Counted from the first letter of the stretch, positions 15,501-30,700 are shown. The stretch: 64,000 nt of DNA from Nemertoderma westbladi (GCA_032718475.1 JAUCBJ010008428.1:1-64000); one strand, 5' to 3'. Made by a program: numbers and translations. Notes: generated by a model not told the origin, from the sequence alone.

Positions 15501-16730
15501 TCCCCAATAGATCCGTACTCCTCCCCAATAGTTCTGTACTCCTCCCCAATTGTTCCGTACTCCACCCCAATAGTTCCGTACTCCTCCCCAATAGTTCCGT
15601 ACTCCTCCCCAATAGTTCCGTAGGCTACTGATCCCCAATAGTTCCGTACTCCTCCCCAATAATTCCGTACTCCTCCCCAATAGTTCCGTACTCATCCCCA
15701 ATAGTTCCGTAGGCTACTGATCCCCAATAGTTCCGTACTCCTCCCCAATAGTTCCGTACTCCTCCCAAATAGTTCCGTACTCCTTCCCAATAGTTCCGTA
15801 CTCCTCCCCAATAGTTCCGTAGGCTACTGATCCCCAATAGTTCCGTACTCCTCCCCAATAGTTCCGTACTCCTCCCCAATAGTTCCGTACTCCTCCCCAA
15901 TAGTTCCGTACTACTCCCCAATAGTTCCGTAGGCTACTGATCCCCAATAGTTCCGTACTCCTCCCCAATTGTTCCGTAGGCTACTGATCCCCAATAGTTC
16001 CGTACTCCTCCCCAATAGTTCCGTAGGCTACTGATCCCCAATAGTTCCGTACTCCTCCCCAATAGTTCCGTAGGCTACTGATCCCCAATAGTTCCGTACT
16101 CCTCCGCAATAGTTCCGTACTCCTCCCCAATAGTTCCGAACTCCTCCCCAATAGTTCCGTACTCCTCCCTAATAGTTCCGTACTCATCCCCAATAGTTCC
16201 GTACTCCTCCCCAATAGTTCCGTAGGCTACTGATCCCCAATAGTTCCGTACTCCTCCCCAATAGTTCCGTGGGCTACAGATCCCCAATAGTTCCATACTC
16301 CTCCCCAATAGTTCCGTACTCCTCCCCAATAGTTCCGTACTCCTCCCCAATAGTTGCGTACTCCTCCCTAATAGTTCCGTACTCCTCCCCAATAGTTCCG
16401 TAATCCTCCCCAATAGTTCCGTACTCCTCCCCAATAGTACCGTAGGCTACTGATCCCCAATAGTTCCGTACTCCTCCCCAATAGTTCCGTAGGCTAATGA
16501 TCCCCAATAGTTCCGTTCTCCTCCCCAATAGTTCCGTACTCCTCCCCAATAGTTCCGTACTCCTCCCCAATAGTTCCGTACTCCTCCCCAATAGTTCCGT
16601 AAGCTACTGATCCCCAATAGTTCCGTACTCCTCCCCAATAGTTCCGTAGGCTACTGATCCCCAATAGTTCCGTACTCCTCCCCAATAGTTCCGTAGGCTA
16701 CTGATCCCCAATAGTTCCGTACTCCTCCCC
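9600..16730. repeat. 3880-bp-offset higher-order duplication (about 9600-12850 vs 13480-16730)
   Basis: Marker ATAGTTAGTT at 9641 and 13521. Identical variant-bearing translations at 9679/13559, 11383/15263 and 12195/16075, all offset 3880. Confidence 0.9.
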
Positions 16731-17229
16731 AATAGTTCCGTAGGCTACTGATCCCCAATAGTTCCGTACTCCTCCCCAATAGTTCCGTAGGCTACTGATC
16801 CCCAATAGTTCCGTACTCCTCCCCAATAGTTCCGTACTCCTCCCCAATAGTTCCGTACTCCTCCCCAATAGTTCCGTACTCCTCCCCAATAATTCCGTAG
16901 GCTACTGATCCCCAATAGTTCCGTACTCCTCCCCAATAGTTCCGTACTCCTCCCCAATAGTTCCGTACTCCTCCCCAATAGTTCCGTAGGCTACTGATCC
17001 CCAATAGTTCCGTACTCCTCCCCAATAGTTCCGTAGGCTACTGATCCCCAATAGTTCCGTACTCCTCCCCAATAGTTCCGTAGGCTACTGATCCCCAATA
17101 GTTCCGTAGGCTACTGATCCCCAATAGTTCCGTACTCCTCCCCAATAGTTCCGTAGGCTACTGATCCCCAATAGTTCCGTACTTCTCCCCAATAGTTCCG
17201 TACTCCTCTCCAATAGTTCCGTACTCCTC

Positions 17230-18950
17230 CCCAATAGTTCCGTAGGCTACTGATCCCCAATAGTTCCGTACTCCTCCCCAATAGTTCCGTAGGCTACTGA
17301 TCCCCAATAGTTCCGTACTCCTCCCCAATAGTTCCGTAGGCTACTGATCCCCAATAGTTCCGTAGGCTACTGATCCCCAATAGTTCCGTACTCCTCCCCA
17401 ATAGTTCCGTAGGCTACTGATCCCCAATAGTTCCGTACTCCTCCCCAATAGTTCCGTAGGCTACTGATCCCCAATAGTTCCGTACTCCTCCCCAATAGTT
17501 CCGTAGGCTACTGATCCCCAATAGTTCCGTAGGCTACTGATCCCCAATAGTTCCGTACTCCTCCCCAATAGTTCCGTAGGCTACTGATCCCCAATAGTTC
17601 CGTAGGCTACTGATCCCCAATAGTTCCGTACTCCTCCCCAATAGTTCCGTAGGCTACTGATCCCCAATAGTTCCGTACTCCTCCCCAATAGTTCCGTACT
17701 CCTCCCCAATAGTTCCGTAGGCTACTGATCCCCAATAGTTCCGTACTCCTCCCCAATAGTTCCGTACTCCTCCCCAATAGTTCCATAGGCTACTGATCCC
17801 CAATAGTTCCGTACTCCTCCCCTAATAGTTCCGTAGGCTACTGATCCCCAATAGTTCCGCAGGCTACTGATCCCCAATAGTTCCGTGCTCCTCCTCAATA
17901 GATCCGTACTTCTCCCCAATAGTTCCGTGCTCCTCCCCAATAGTTCCGTAGGCTACAGATCCCCAATAGATCCGTACTCCTCCCCAATAGTTCTGTACTC
18001 CTCCCCAATTGTTCCGTACTCCACCCCAATAGTTCCGTACTCCTCCCCAATAGTTCCGTACTCCTCCCCAATAGTTCCGTAGGCTACTGATCCCCAATAG
18101 TTCCGTACTCCTCCCCAATAGTTCCGTAGGCTACTGATCCCCAATAGTTCCGTACTCCTCCCCAATAGTTCCGTAGGCTACTGATCCCCAATAGTTCCGT
18201 AGGCTACTGATCCCCAATAGTTCCGTACTCCTCCCCAATAGTTCCGTAGGCTACTGATCCCCAATAGTTCCGTACTCCTCCCCAATAGTTCCGTAGGCTA
18301 CTGATCCCCAATAGTTCCGTACTCCTCCCCAATAGTTCCGTAGGCTACTGATCCCCAATAGTTCCGTAGGCTACTGATCCCCAATAGTTCCGTACTCCTC
18401 CCCAATAGTTCCGTAGGCTACTGATCCCCAATAGTTCCGTAGGCTACTGATCCCCAATAGTTCCGTACTCCTCCCCAATAGTTCCGTAGGCTACTGATCC
18501 CCAATAGTTCCGTACTCCTCCCCAATAGTTCCGTACTCCTCCCCAATAGTTCCGTAGGCTACTGATCCCCAATAGTTCCGTACTCCTCCCCAATAGTTCC
18601 GTACTCCTCCCCAATAGTTCCATAGGCTACTGATCCCCAATAGTTCCGTACTCCTCCCCTAATAGTTCCGTAGGCTACTGATCCCCAATAGTTCCGCAGG
18701 CTACTGATCCCCAATAGTTCCGTGCTCCTCCTCAATAGATCCGTACTTCTCCCCAATAGTTCCGTGCTCCTCCCCAATAGTTCCGTAGGCTACAGATCCC
18801 CAATAGATCCGTACTCCTCCCCAATAGTTCTGTACTCCTCCCCAATTGTTCCGTACTCCACCCCAATAGTTCCGTACTCCTCCCCAATAGTTCCGTACTC
18901 CTCCCCAATAGTTCCGTAGGCTACTGATCCCCAATAGTTCCGTACTCCTC
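17230..18950. repeat. 837-bp tandem higher-order duplication
   Basis: Variant-bearing blocks at 17722/18559 and 17885/18722, offset 837. Confidence 0.85.
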
Positions 18951-20349
18951 CCCAATAGTTCCGTACTCCTCCCCAATAGTTCCGTAGGCTACTGATCCCC
19001 AATAGTTCCGTACTCCTCCCCAATAATTCCGTACTCCTCCCCAATAGTTCCGTACTCATCCCCAATAGTTCCGTAGGCTACTGATCCCCAATAGTTCCGT
19101 ACTCCTCCCCAATAGTTCCGTACTCCTCCCAAATAGTTCCGTACTCCTTCCCAATAGTTCCGTACTCCTCCCCAATAGTTCCGTAGGCTACTGATCCCCA
19201 ATAGTTCCGTAGTCCTCCCCAATAGTTCCGTAGGCTACTGATCCCCAATAGTTCCGTACTCCTCCCCAATAGTTCCGTAGGCTACTGATCCCCAATAGTT
19301 CCGTACTCCTCCCCAATAGTTCCGTACTCCTCCCCAATAGTTCCGTACTCCTCCCCAATAGTTCCGTACTACTCCCCAATAGTCCGTAGGCTACTGATCC
19401 CCAATAGTTCCGTACTCCTCCCCAATTGTTCCGTAGGCTACTGATCCCCAATAGTTCCGTACTCCTCCCCAATAGTTCCGTAGGCTACTGCTCCCCAATA
19501 GTTCCGTACTCCTCCCCAATAGTTCCGTAGGCTACTGATCCCCAATAGTTCAGTACTCCTCCGCAATAGTTCCGTACTCCTCCCCAATAGTTCCGAACTC
19601 CTCCCCAATAGTTCCGTACTCCTCCCTAATAGTTCCGTACTCATCCCCAATAGTTCCGTACTCCTCCGCAATAGTTCCGTAGGCTACTGATCCCCAATAG
19701 TTCCGTACTCCTCCCCAATAGTTCCGTGGGCTACAGATCCCCAATAGTTCCATACTTCTCCCCAATAGTTCCGTACTCCTCCCCAATAGTTCCGTACTCC
19801 TCCCCAATAGTTGCGTACTCCTCCCTAATAGTTCCGTACTCCTCCCCAATAGTTCCGTAATCCTCCCCAATAGTTCCGTACTCCTCCCCAATAGTACCGT
19901 AGGCTACTGATCCCCAATAGTTCCGTACTCCTCCCCAATAGTTCCGTAGGCTACTGATCCCCAATAGTTCCGTTCTCCTCCCCAATAGTTCCGTACTCCT
20001 CCCCAATAGTTCCGTACTCCTCCCCAATAGTTCCGTACTCCTCCCCAATAGTTCCGTAGGCTACTGATCCCCAATAGTTCCGTACTCCTCCCCAATAGTT
20101 TCGGAGGCTACTGATCCCCAATAGTTCCGTACTCTTCCCCAATAGTTCCGTAGGCTACTGATCCCCAATAGTTCCGTACTCCTCCCCAATAGTTCCGTAC
20201 TCCTCCCCAATAGTTCCGTACTCCTCCCCAATAGTTCCGTACTCCTCCCCAATAGTTCCGTAGGCTACTGATCCCCAATAGTTCCGTACTCCTCCAAAAT
20301 AGTTCCGAAGGCTACTGATCCCCAATAGTTCCGTACTCCTCCCCAATAG

Positions 20350-23300
20350 TTCCGTAGGCTACTGATCCCCAATAGTTCCGTACTCGTCCCCAATAGTTCC
20401 GTAGGCTACTGATCCCCAATAGTTCCGTACTCCTCCCCAATAGTTCCGTAGTCCTCCCCAATAGTTCCGTACTCCTCCCCAATAGTTCCGTACTCCTCCC
20501 CAATAGTTCCGTAGGCTACTGATCCCCAATAGTTCCGTACTCCTACCCAATAGTTCCGTACTCCTCCCCAATAGTTCCGTACTCCTCCCCAATAGTTATG
20601 TACTCCTCCCCAATAGTTCCGTACTCCTCCCCAATAGTTCCGTACACCTCCCCAATAGTTCCGTACTCCTCCCCAATAGTTCCGTACTCCTCCCCAACAG
20701 TTGCGTACTCCTCCCTAATAGTTCCGTACTCCTCCCCAATAGTTCTGCAATCCTCCCCAATAGTTCCGTACTCCTCCCCAATAATACCGTAGGCTACTGA
20801 TCCCCAATAGTTCCGTACTCCTCCCCAATAGTTCCGTAGGCTACTGATCCCCAATAGTTCCGTTCTCCTCCCCAATAGTTCCGTACTCCTCCCCAATAGT
20901 TCCGTACTCCTCCCCAATAGTTCCGTACTCCTCCCCAATAGTTCCGTAGGCTACTGATCCCCAATAGTTCCGTACTCCTCCCCAATAGTTCCGTAGGCTA
21001 CTGATCCCCAATAGTTCCGTACTCCTCCCCAATAGTTCCGTAGGCTACTGATCCCCAATAGTTCCGTACTCCTCCCCAATAGTTCCGTAATCCTCCCCAA
21101 TAGTTCCGTACTCCTCCCCAATAGTACCGTAGGCTACTGATCCCCAATAGTTCCGTACTCCTCCCCAATAGTTCCGTAGGCTACTGATCCCCAATAGTTC
21201 CGTTCTCCTCCCCAATAGTTCCGTACTCCTCCCCAATAGTTCCGTACTCCTCCCCAATAGTTCCGTACTCCTCCCCAATAGTTCCGTAGGCTACTGATCC
21301 CCAATAGTTCCGTACTCCTCCCCAATAGTTCCGTAGGCTACTGATCCCCAATAGTTCCGTACTCCTCCCCAATAGTTCCGTAGGCTACTGATCCCCAATA
21401 GTTCCGTACTCCTCCCCAATAGTTCCGTACTCCTCCCCAATAGTTCCGTACTCCTCCCCAATAGTTCCGTACTCCTCCCCAATAGTTCCGTAGGCTACTG
21501 ATCCCCAATAGTTCCGTACTCCTCCCCAATAGTTCCGAAGGCTACTGATCCCCAATAGTTCCGTACTCCTCCCCAATAGTTCCGTACTCCTCCCCAATAG
21601 TTCCGTAGGCTACTGATCCCCAATAGTTCCGTACTCGTCCCCAATAGTTCCGTAGGCTACTGATCCCCAATAGTTCCGTACTCCTCCCCAATAGTTCCGT
21701 AGTCCTCCCCAATAGTTCCGTACTCCTCCCCAATAGTTCCGTACTCCTCCCCAATAGTTCCGTAGGCTACTGATCCCCAATAGTTCCGTACTCCTACCCA
21801 ATAGTTCCGTACTCCTCCCCAATAGTTCCGTACTCCTCCCCAATAGTTATGTACTCCTCCCCAATAGTTCCGTACTCCTCCCCAATAGTTCCGTACACCT
21901 CCCCAATAGTTCCGTACTCCTCCCCAATAGTTCCGTACTCCTCCCCAATAGTTGCGTACTCCTCCCTAATAGTTCCGTACTCCTCCCCAATAGTTCCGCA
22001 ATCCTCCCCAATAGTTCCGTACTCCTCCCCAATAATACCGTAGGCTACTGATCCCCAATAGTTCCGTACTCCTCCCCAATAGTTCCGTAGGCTACTGATC
22101 CCCAATAGTTCCGTTCTCCTCCCCAATAGTTCCGTACTCCTCCCCAATAGTTCCGTACTCCTCCCCAATAGTTCCGTACTCCTCCCCAATAGTTCCGTAG
22201 GCTACTGATCCCCAATAGTTCCGTACTCCTCCCCAATAGTTCCGTAGGCTACTGATCCCCAATAGTTCCGTACTCCTCCCCAATAGTTCCGTAGGCTACT
22301 GATCCCCAATAGTTCCGTACTCCTCCCCAATAGTTCCGTACTCCTCCCCAATAGTTCCGTACTCCTCCCCAATAGTTCCGTACTCCTCCCCAATAGTTCC
22401 GTAGGCTACTGATCCCCAATAGTTCCGTACTCCTCCCCAATAGTTCCGAAGGCTACTGATCCCCAATAGTTCCGTACTCCTCCCCAATAGTTCCGTACTC
22501 CTCCCCAATAGTTCCGTAGGCTACTGATCCCCAATAGTTCCGTACTCGTCCCCAATAGTTCCGTAGGCTACTGATCCCCAATAGTACCGTACTCCTCCCC
22601 AATAGTTCCGTAGTCCTCCCCAATAGTTCCGTACTCCTCCCCAATAGTTCCGTACTCCTCCCCAATAGTTCCGTAGTCCTCCCCAATAGTTCCGTACTCC
22701 TCCCCAATAGTTCCGTACTCCTCCCCAATAGTTCCGTAGGCTACTGATCCCCAATAGTTCCGTACTCATCCCCAATAGTTCCGTACTCCTCCCCAATAGT
22801 TCCGTACTCCTCCCCAATAGTTCCGTACTCCTCCCCAATAGTTCCGTACTCCTCCCCAATAGTTCTGTACTCCTCCCCAATAGTTCCGTACTCCTCCCCA
22901 ATAGTTCCGTACACCTCCCCAATAGTTCCGTAGGCTACTGATCCCCAATAGTTCCGTACTCCTCCCCAATAGTTCCGGAGGCTACTGATCCCCAATAGTT
23001 CCGACCTCCTCCCCAATAGTTCCGTAGGCTACTGATCCCCAATAGTTCCGTACTCCTCCCCAATAGTTCCGTACTCCTCCCCAATAGTTCCGTACTCCTC
23101 CCCAATAGTTCCGTAGGCTACTGATCCCCAATAGTTCCGTACTCCTCCCCAATAGTTCCGTACTCCTCCCCAATAGTTCCGTACTCCTCCCCAATAGTTC
23201 CGTACTCCTCCCCAATAGTTCCGTAGGCTACTGATCCCCAATAGTTCCGTACTCCTCCCCAATAGTTCCGAAGGCTACTGATCCCCAATAGTTCCGTACT

Positions 23301-26300
23301 CCTCCCCAATAGTTCCGTACTCCTCCCCAATAGTTCCGTAGGCTACTGATCCCCAATAGTTCCGTACTCGTCCCCAATAGTTCCGTAGGCTACTGATCCC
23401 CAATAGTTCCGTACTCCTCCCCAATAGTTCCGTAGTCCTCCCCAATAGTTCCGTACTCCTCCCCAATAGTTCCGTACTCCTCCCCAATAGTTCCGTAGGC
23501 TACTGATCCCCAATAGTTCCGTACTCCTCCCCAATAGTTCCGGAGGCTACTGATCCCCAATAGTTCCGTACTCCTCCCCAATAGTTCCGTACTCCTCCCC
23601 AATAGTTCCGTACTACTCCCAATAGTTCCGTACTCCTCCCCAATAGTTCCGTAGGCTACTGCTCCCCAATAGTTCCGTACTCCTCCCCAATAGTTCCGTA
23701 GGCTACTGCTCCCCAATAGTTCCGTACTCCTCCCCAATAGTTCCGTACTCCTCCCCAATAGTTCCGTAGGCTACTGATCCCCAATAGTTCCGTACTCCTC
23801 CCCAATAGTTCCGTAGGCTACTGATCCCCAATAGTTCCGTACTCCTCCCCAATAGTTCCGTAGGCTACTGATCCCCAATAGTTCCGTACTCCTCCCCAAT
23901 AGTTCCGTACTCCTCCCCAATAGTTCCGTACTCCTCCCCAATAGTTCCGTACTCCTCCCCAATAGTTCCGTAGGCTACTGATCCCCAATAGTTCCGTACT
24001 CCTCCCCAATAGTTCCGAAGGCTACTGATCCCCAATAGTTCCGTACTCCTCCCCAATAGTTCCGTACTCCTCCCCAATAGTTCCGTAGGCTACTGATCCC
24101 CAATAGTTCCGTACTCCTCCCCAATAGTTCCGTAGGCTACTGATCCCCAATAGTTCCGTACTCCTCCCCAATAGTTCCGTAGTCCTCCCCAATAGTTCCG
24201 TACTCCTCCCCAATAGTTCCGTACTCCTCCCCAATAGTTCCGTAGGCTACTGATCCCCAATAGTTCCGTACTCCTCCCCAATAGTTCCGTACTCCTCCCC
24301 AATAGTTCCGTACTCCTCCCCAATAGTTCTGTACTCCTCCCCAATAGTTCCGTACTCCTCCCCAATAGTTCCGTACACCTCCCCAATAGTTCCGTACTCC
24401 TCCCCAATAGTTCCGTACTCCTCCCCAATAGTTCCGTACTCCTCCCCAATAGTTCCGTACTCCTCCCCAATAGTTCCGCACTCCTCCCCAATAGTTCCGT
24501 ACTCCTCCCCAATAGTTCCGTAGGCTACTGATCCCCAATAGTTCCGTACTCCTCCCCAATAGTTCCGTAGGCTACTGATCCCCAATAGTTCCGTTCTCCT
24601 CCCCAATAGTTCCGTACTCCTCCCCAATAGTTCCGTACTCCTCCCCAATAGTTCCGTACTCCTCCCCAATAGTTCCGTAGGCTACTGATCCCCAATAGTT
24701 CCGTACTCCTCCCCAATAGTTCCGTAGGCTACTGATCCCCAATAGTTCCGTACTCCTCCCCAATAGTTCCGTAGGCTACTGATCCCCAATAGTTCCGTAC
24801 TCCTCCCCAATAGTTCCGTACTCCTCCCCAATAGTTCCGTACTCCTCCCCAATAGTTCCGTACTCCTCCCCAATAGTTCCGTAGGCTACTGATCCCCAAT
24901 AGTTCCGTACTCCTCCCCAATAGTTCCGAAGGCTACTGATCCCCAATAGTTCCGTACTCCTCCCCAATAGTTCCGTACTCCTCCCCAATAGTTCCGTAGG
25001 CTACTGATCCCCAATAGTTCCGTACTCGTCCCCAATAGTTCCGTAGGCTACTGATCCCCAATAGTACCGTACTCCTCCCCAATAGTTCCGTAGTCCTCCC
25101 CAATAGTTCCGTACTCCTCCCCAATAGTTCCGTACTCCTCCCCAATAGTTCCGTAGTCCTCCCCAATAGTTCCGTACTCCTCCCCAATAGTTCCGTACTC
25201 CTCCCCAATAGTTCCGTAGGCTACTGATCCCCAATAGTTCCGTACTCCTCCCCAATAGTTCCGTACTCCTCCCCAATAGTTCCGTACTCCTCCCCAATAG
25301 TTCCGTACTCCTCCCCAATAGTTCCGTACTCCTCCCCAATAGTTCTGTACTCCTCCCCAATAGTTCCGTACTCCTCCCCAATAGTTCCGTACACCTCCCC
25401 AATAGTTCCGTAGGCTACTGATCCCCAATAGTTCCGTACTCCTCCCCAATAGTTCCGGAGGCTACTGATCCCCAATAGTTCCGACCTCCTCCCCAATAGT
25501 TCCGTAGGCTACTGATCCCCAATAGTTCCGTACTCCTCCCCAATAGTTCCGTACTCCTCCCCAATAGTTCCGTACTCCTCCCCAATAGTTCCGTAGGCTA
25601 CTGATCCCCAATAGTTCCGTACTCCTCCCCAATAGTTCCGTACTCCTCCCCAATAGTTCCGTACTCCTCCCCAATAGTTCCGTACTCCTCCCCAATAGTT
25701 CCGTAGGCTACTGATCCCCAATAGTTCCGTACTCCTCCCCAATAGTTCCGAAGGCTACTGATCCCCAATAGTTCCGTACTCCTCCCCAATAGTTCCGTAG
25801 GCTACTGATCCCCAATAGTTCCGTACTCGTCCCCAATAGTTCCGTAGGCTACTGATCCCCAATAGTTCCGTACTCCTCCCCAATAGTTCCGTAGTCCTCC
25901 CCAATAGTTCCGTACTCCTCCCCAATAGTTCCGTACACCTCCCCAATAGTTCCGTAGGCTACTGATCCCCAATAGTTCCGTACTCCTCCCCAATAGTTCC
26001 GGAGGCTACTGATCCCCAATAGTTCCGACCTCCTCCCCAATAGTTCCGTAGGCTACTGATCCCCAATAGTTCCGTACTCCTCCCCAATAGTTCCGTACTC
26101 CTCCCCAATAGTTCCGTACTCCTCCCCAATAGTTCCGTAGGCTACTGATCCCCAATAGTTCCGTACTCCTCCCCAATAGTTCCGTACTCCTCCCCAATAG
26201 TTCCGTACTCCTCCCCAATAGTTCCGTAGGCTACTGATCCCCAATAGTTCCGTACTCCTCCCCAATAGTTCCGAAGGCTACTGATCCCCAATAGTTCCGT

Positions 26301-27760
26301 ACTCCTCCCCAATAGTTCCGTACTCCTCCCCAATAGTTCCGTAGGCTACTGATCCCCAATAGTTCCGTACTCATCCCCAATAGTTCCGTATGCTACTGAT
26401 CCCCAATAGTTCCGTACTCCTCCCCAATAGTTCCGTAGTCCTCCCCAATAGTTCCGTACTCCTCCCCAATAGTTCCGTACTCCTCCCCAATAGTTCCGTA
26501 GGCTACTGATCCCCAATAGTTCCGTACTCCTACCCAATAGTTCCGTACTCCTCCCCAATAGTTCCGTACTCCTCCCCAATAGTTATGTACTCCTCCCCAA
26601 TAGTTCCGTACTCCTCCCCAATAGTTCCGTACACCTCCCCAATAGTTCCGTACTCCTCCCCAATAGTTCCGTACTCCTCCCCAATAGTTGCGTACTCCTC
26701 CCTAATAGTTCCGTACTCCTCCCCAATAGTTCCGCAATCCTCCCCAATAGTTCCGTACTCCTCCCCAATAATACCGTAGGCTACTGATCCCCAATAGTTC
26801 CGTACTCCTCCCCAATAGTTCCGTAGGCTACTGATCCCCAATAGTTCCGTTCTCCTCCCCAATAGTTCCGTACTCCTCCCCAATAGTTCCGTACTCCTCC
26901 CCAATAGTTCCGTACTCCTCCCCAATAGTTCCGTAGGCTACTGATCCCCAATAGTTCCGTACTCCTCCCCAATAGTTCCGTAGGCTACTGATCCCCAATA
27001 GTTCCGTACTCCTCCCCAATAGTTCCGTAGGCTACTGATCCCCAATAGTTCCGTACTCCTCCCCAATAGTTCCGTACTCCTCCCCAATAGTTCCGTACTC
27101 CTCCCCAATAGTTCCGTACTCCTCCCCAATAGTTCCGTACTCCTCCCCAATAGTTCCGTAGGCTACTGATCCCCAATAGTTCCGTACTCCTCCCCAATAG
27201 TTCCGAAGGCTACTGATCCCCAATAGTTCCGTACTCCTCCCCAATAGTTCCGTACTCCTCCCCAATAGTTCCGTAGGCTACTGATCCCCAATAGTTCCGT
27301 ACTCGTCCCCAATAGTTCCGTAGGCTACTGATCCCCAATAGTACCGTACTCCTCCCCAATAGTTCCGTAGTCCTCCCCAATAGTTCCGTACTCCTCCCCA
27401 ATAGTTCCGTACTCCTCCCCAATAGTTCCGTAGTCCTCCCCAATAGTTCCGTACTCCTCCCCAATAGTTCCGTACTCCTCCCCAATAGTTCCGTAGGCTA
27501 CTGATCCCCAATAGTTCCGTACTCCTCCCCAATAGTTCCGTACTCCTCCCCAATAGTTCCGTACTCCTCCCCAATAGTTCCGTACTCCTCCCCAATAGTT
27601 CTGTACTCCTCCCCAATAGTTCCGTACTCCTCCCCAATAGTTCCGTACACCTCCCCAATAGTTCCGTAGGCTACTGATCCCCAATAGTTCCGTACTCCTC
27701 CCCAATAGTTCCGGAGGCTACTGATCCCCAATAGTTCCGACCTCCTCCCCAATAGTTCCG
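20350..27760. repeat. Domain of 1.25-2.5-kb higher-order repeats
   Basis: The block with AGTTATGTAC/CCTACCC markers recurs at 20543, 21794 and 26530. The block with paired GTAGTCCTC markers recurs at 22453, 24933 and 27210. Confidence 0.8.
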
Positions 27761-30700
27761 TAGGCTACTGATCCCCAATAGTTCCGTACTCCTCCCCAAT
27801 AGTTCACGTACTCCTCCCCAATAGTTCCGTACTCCTCCCCAATAGTTCCGTAGGCTACTGATCCCCAATAGTTCCGTACTCCTCCCCAATAGTTCCGTAC
27901 TCCTCCCCAATAGTTTCGTAGGCTACTGATCCCCAATAGTTCCGTACTCCTCCCCAATAGTTCCGTACTCCTCCCCAATAGTTCCTTACTCCTCCCCAAT
28001 AGTTCCGTAGGCTACTGATCCCCAATAGTTCCGTACTCCTCCCCAATAGTTCCGTACTCCTCCCCAATAGTTCCGTACTCCTCCCCAATAGTTCCGTAGG
28101 CTACTGATCCCCAATAGTTCCGTACTCCTCCCCAATAGTTCCGTACTCCTCCCCAATAGTTTCGTAGGCTACTGATCCCCAATAGTTCCGTACTCCTCCC
28201 CAATAGTTCCGTACTCCTCCCCAATAGTTCCTTACTCCTCCCCAATAGTTCCGTAGGCTACTGATCCCCAATAGTTCCGTACTCCTCCCCAATAGTTCCT
28301 TACTCCTCCCCAATAGTTCCGTAGGCTACTGATCCCCAATAGTTCCGTACTCCTCCCCAATAGTTCCGTACTCCTCCCCAATAGTTTCGTAGGCTACTGA
28401 TCCCCAATAGTTCCGTACTTCTCCCCAATAGTTCCGTACTCCTCCCCAATAGTTCCGTACTCCTCCCCAATAGTTCCGTAGGCTACTGATCCCCAATAGT
28501 TCCGTACTCCTCCCCAATAGTTCCGTACTCCTCCCCAATAGTTCCGTACTCCTCCCCAATAGTTCCGTAGGCTACTGATCCCCAATAGTTCCGTACTCCT
28601 CCCCAATAGTTCCGTAGGCTACTGATCCCAAAAATTTTCGTACTCCTCCCCAATAGTTCCGTACTCCTCCCCAATAGTTCCGTACTCCTCCCCAATAGTT
28701 CCGTATGCTACTGATCCCCAATAGTTCCGTACTCCTCCCCAATAGTTCCGTACTCCTCCCCAATAGTTCCGTACTCCTCCCCAATAGTTCCGTACTCCTC
28801 CCCAATAGTTCCGCAGGCTACTGATCCCCAATAGTTCCGTACTCCTCCCCAATAGTTCCGTAGTCTACTGATTCCCAATAGTTCCGTACTCCTCCCCAAT
28901 AGTTCCGTAGGCTACTGATCCCCAATAGTTCCGTACTCCTCCCCAATAGTTCCGTACTCCTCCCCAATAGTTCCGTACTCCTCCCCAATAGTTCCGTACT
29001 CCTCCCCAATAGTTCCGTACTCCTCCCCAATAGTTCCGTACTCCTCCCCAATAGTTCCGTACTCCTCCCCAATAGTTCCGTAGGCTACTGATCCCCAATA
29101 GTTCCGTACTCCTCCCCAGTAGTTCCGTACTCCTCCACAATAGTTCCGTACTCCTCCCCAATAGTTCCGTACTCCTCCCCAATAGTTCCGTATTCCTCCC
29201 CAATAGTTCCGTAGGCTACTGATCCCCAATAGTTCCGTACTCCTCCCCAATAGTTCCGAAGGCTACTGATCCCCAATAGTTCCGTACTCCTCCCCAATAG
29301 TTCCGTACTCCTCCCCAATAGTTCCGTAATCCTCCCCAATAGTTCCGTACTCCTCCCCAATAGTTCCGTAGGCTACTGATCCCCAATAGTTCCGTACTCG
29401 TCCCCAATAGTTTCGTAGGCTACTGATCCCCAATAGTTCCGTACTCCTCCCCAATAGTTCCGTAGTCCTCCCCAATAGTTCCGTACTCCTCCCCAATAGT
29501 TCCGTACTCCTCCCCAATAGTTCCGTACTCCTCCCCAATAGTTCCGTACTCCTCCCCAATAGTTCCGAACTCCTCCCCAATAGTTCCGTAGGATACTGAT
29601 CCCCAATAGTTCCGTACTCCTCCCCAATAGTTCCGTACTCCTCCCCAATAGTTCCGTACTCCTCCCCAATAGTTCCGTAGGCTACTGATCCCCAATAGTT
29701 CCGTACTCCTCCCCAATAGTTCCGAACTCCTCCCCAATAGTTCCGTACTCATCCCCAATAGTTCCGTACTCCTCCCCAATAGTTCCGTAGGCTACTGATC
29801 CCCAATAGTTCCGTACTCCTCCCCAATAGTTCCGTACTCCTCCCCAATAGTTCCGTACTCCTCCCCAATAGTTCCGTACTCCTCCCCAATAGTTCCGCAG
29901 GCTACTGATCCCCAATAGTTCCGTACTCCTCCCCAATAGTTCCGTAGGCTACTGATTCCCAATAGTTCCGTACTCCTCCCCAATAGTTCCGTACTCCTCC
30001 CCAATAGTTCCGTACTCCTCCCCAATAGTTCCGTACTCCTCCCCAATAGTTCCGTACGCTACTGATCCCCAATAGTTCCGTACTCCTCCCCAATAGTTCC
30101 GTACTCCTCCCCAATAGTTCCGTAGTCTACTGATCCCCAATAGTTCCGTACTTCTCCCCAATAGTTCCGTACTCCTCTCCAATAGTTCCGTACTCCTACC
30201 CAATAGTTCCGTAGGCTACTGATCCCCAATAGTTCCGTACTCCTCCCCAATAGTTCCGTAGGCTACTGATCCCCAATAGTTCCGTACTCCTCCCCAATAG
30301 TTCCGTACTACTCCCCAATAGTTCCGTAGGGTACTGATCCCCAATAGTTCCGTACTCCTCCCCCAATAGTTCCGTAGGCTACTGATCCCCAATAGTTCCG
30401 CAGGCTACTGATCCCCAATAGTTCCGTACTCCTCCTCAATAGATCCGTACTTCTCCCCAATAGTTCCGTGCTCCTCCCCAATAGTTCCGTAGGCTACAGA
30501 TCCCCAATAGATCCGTACTCCTCCCCAATAGTTCTGTACTCCTCCCCAATAGTACTCCACCCCAATAGTTCCGTACTCCTCCCCAATAGTTCCGTACTCC
30601 TCCCCAATAGTTCCGTAGGCTACTGATCCCCAATAGTTCCGTACTCCTCCCCAATAGTTCCGTACTCCTCCCCAATAGTTCCGTAGGCTACTGATCCCCA

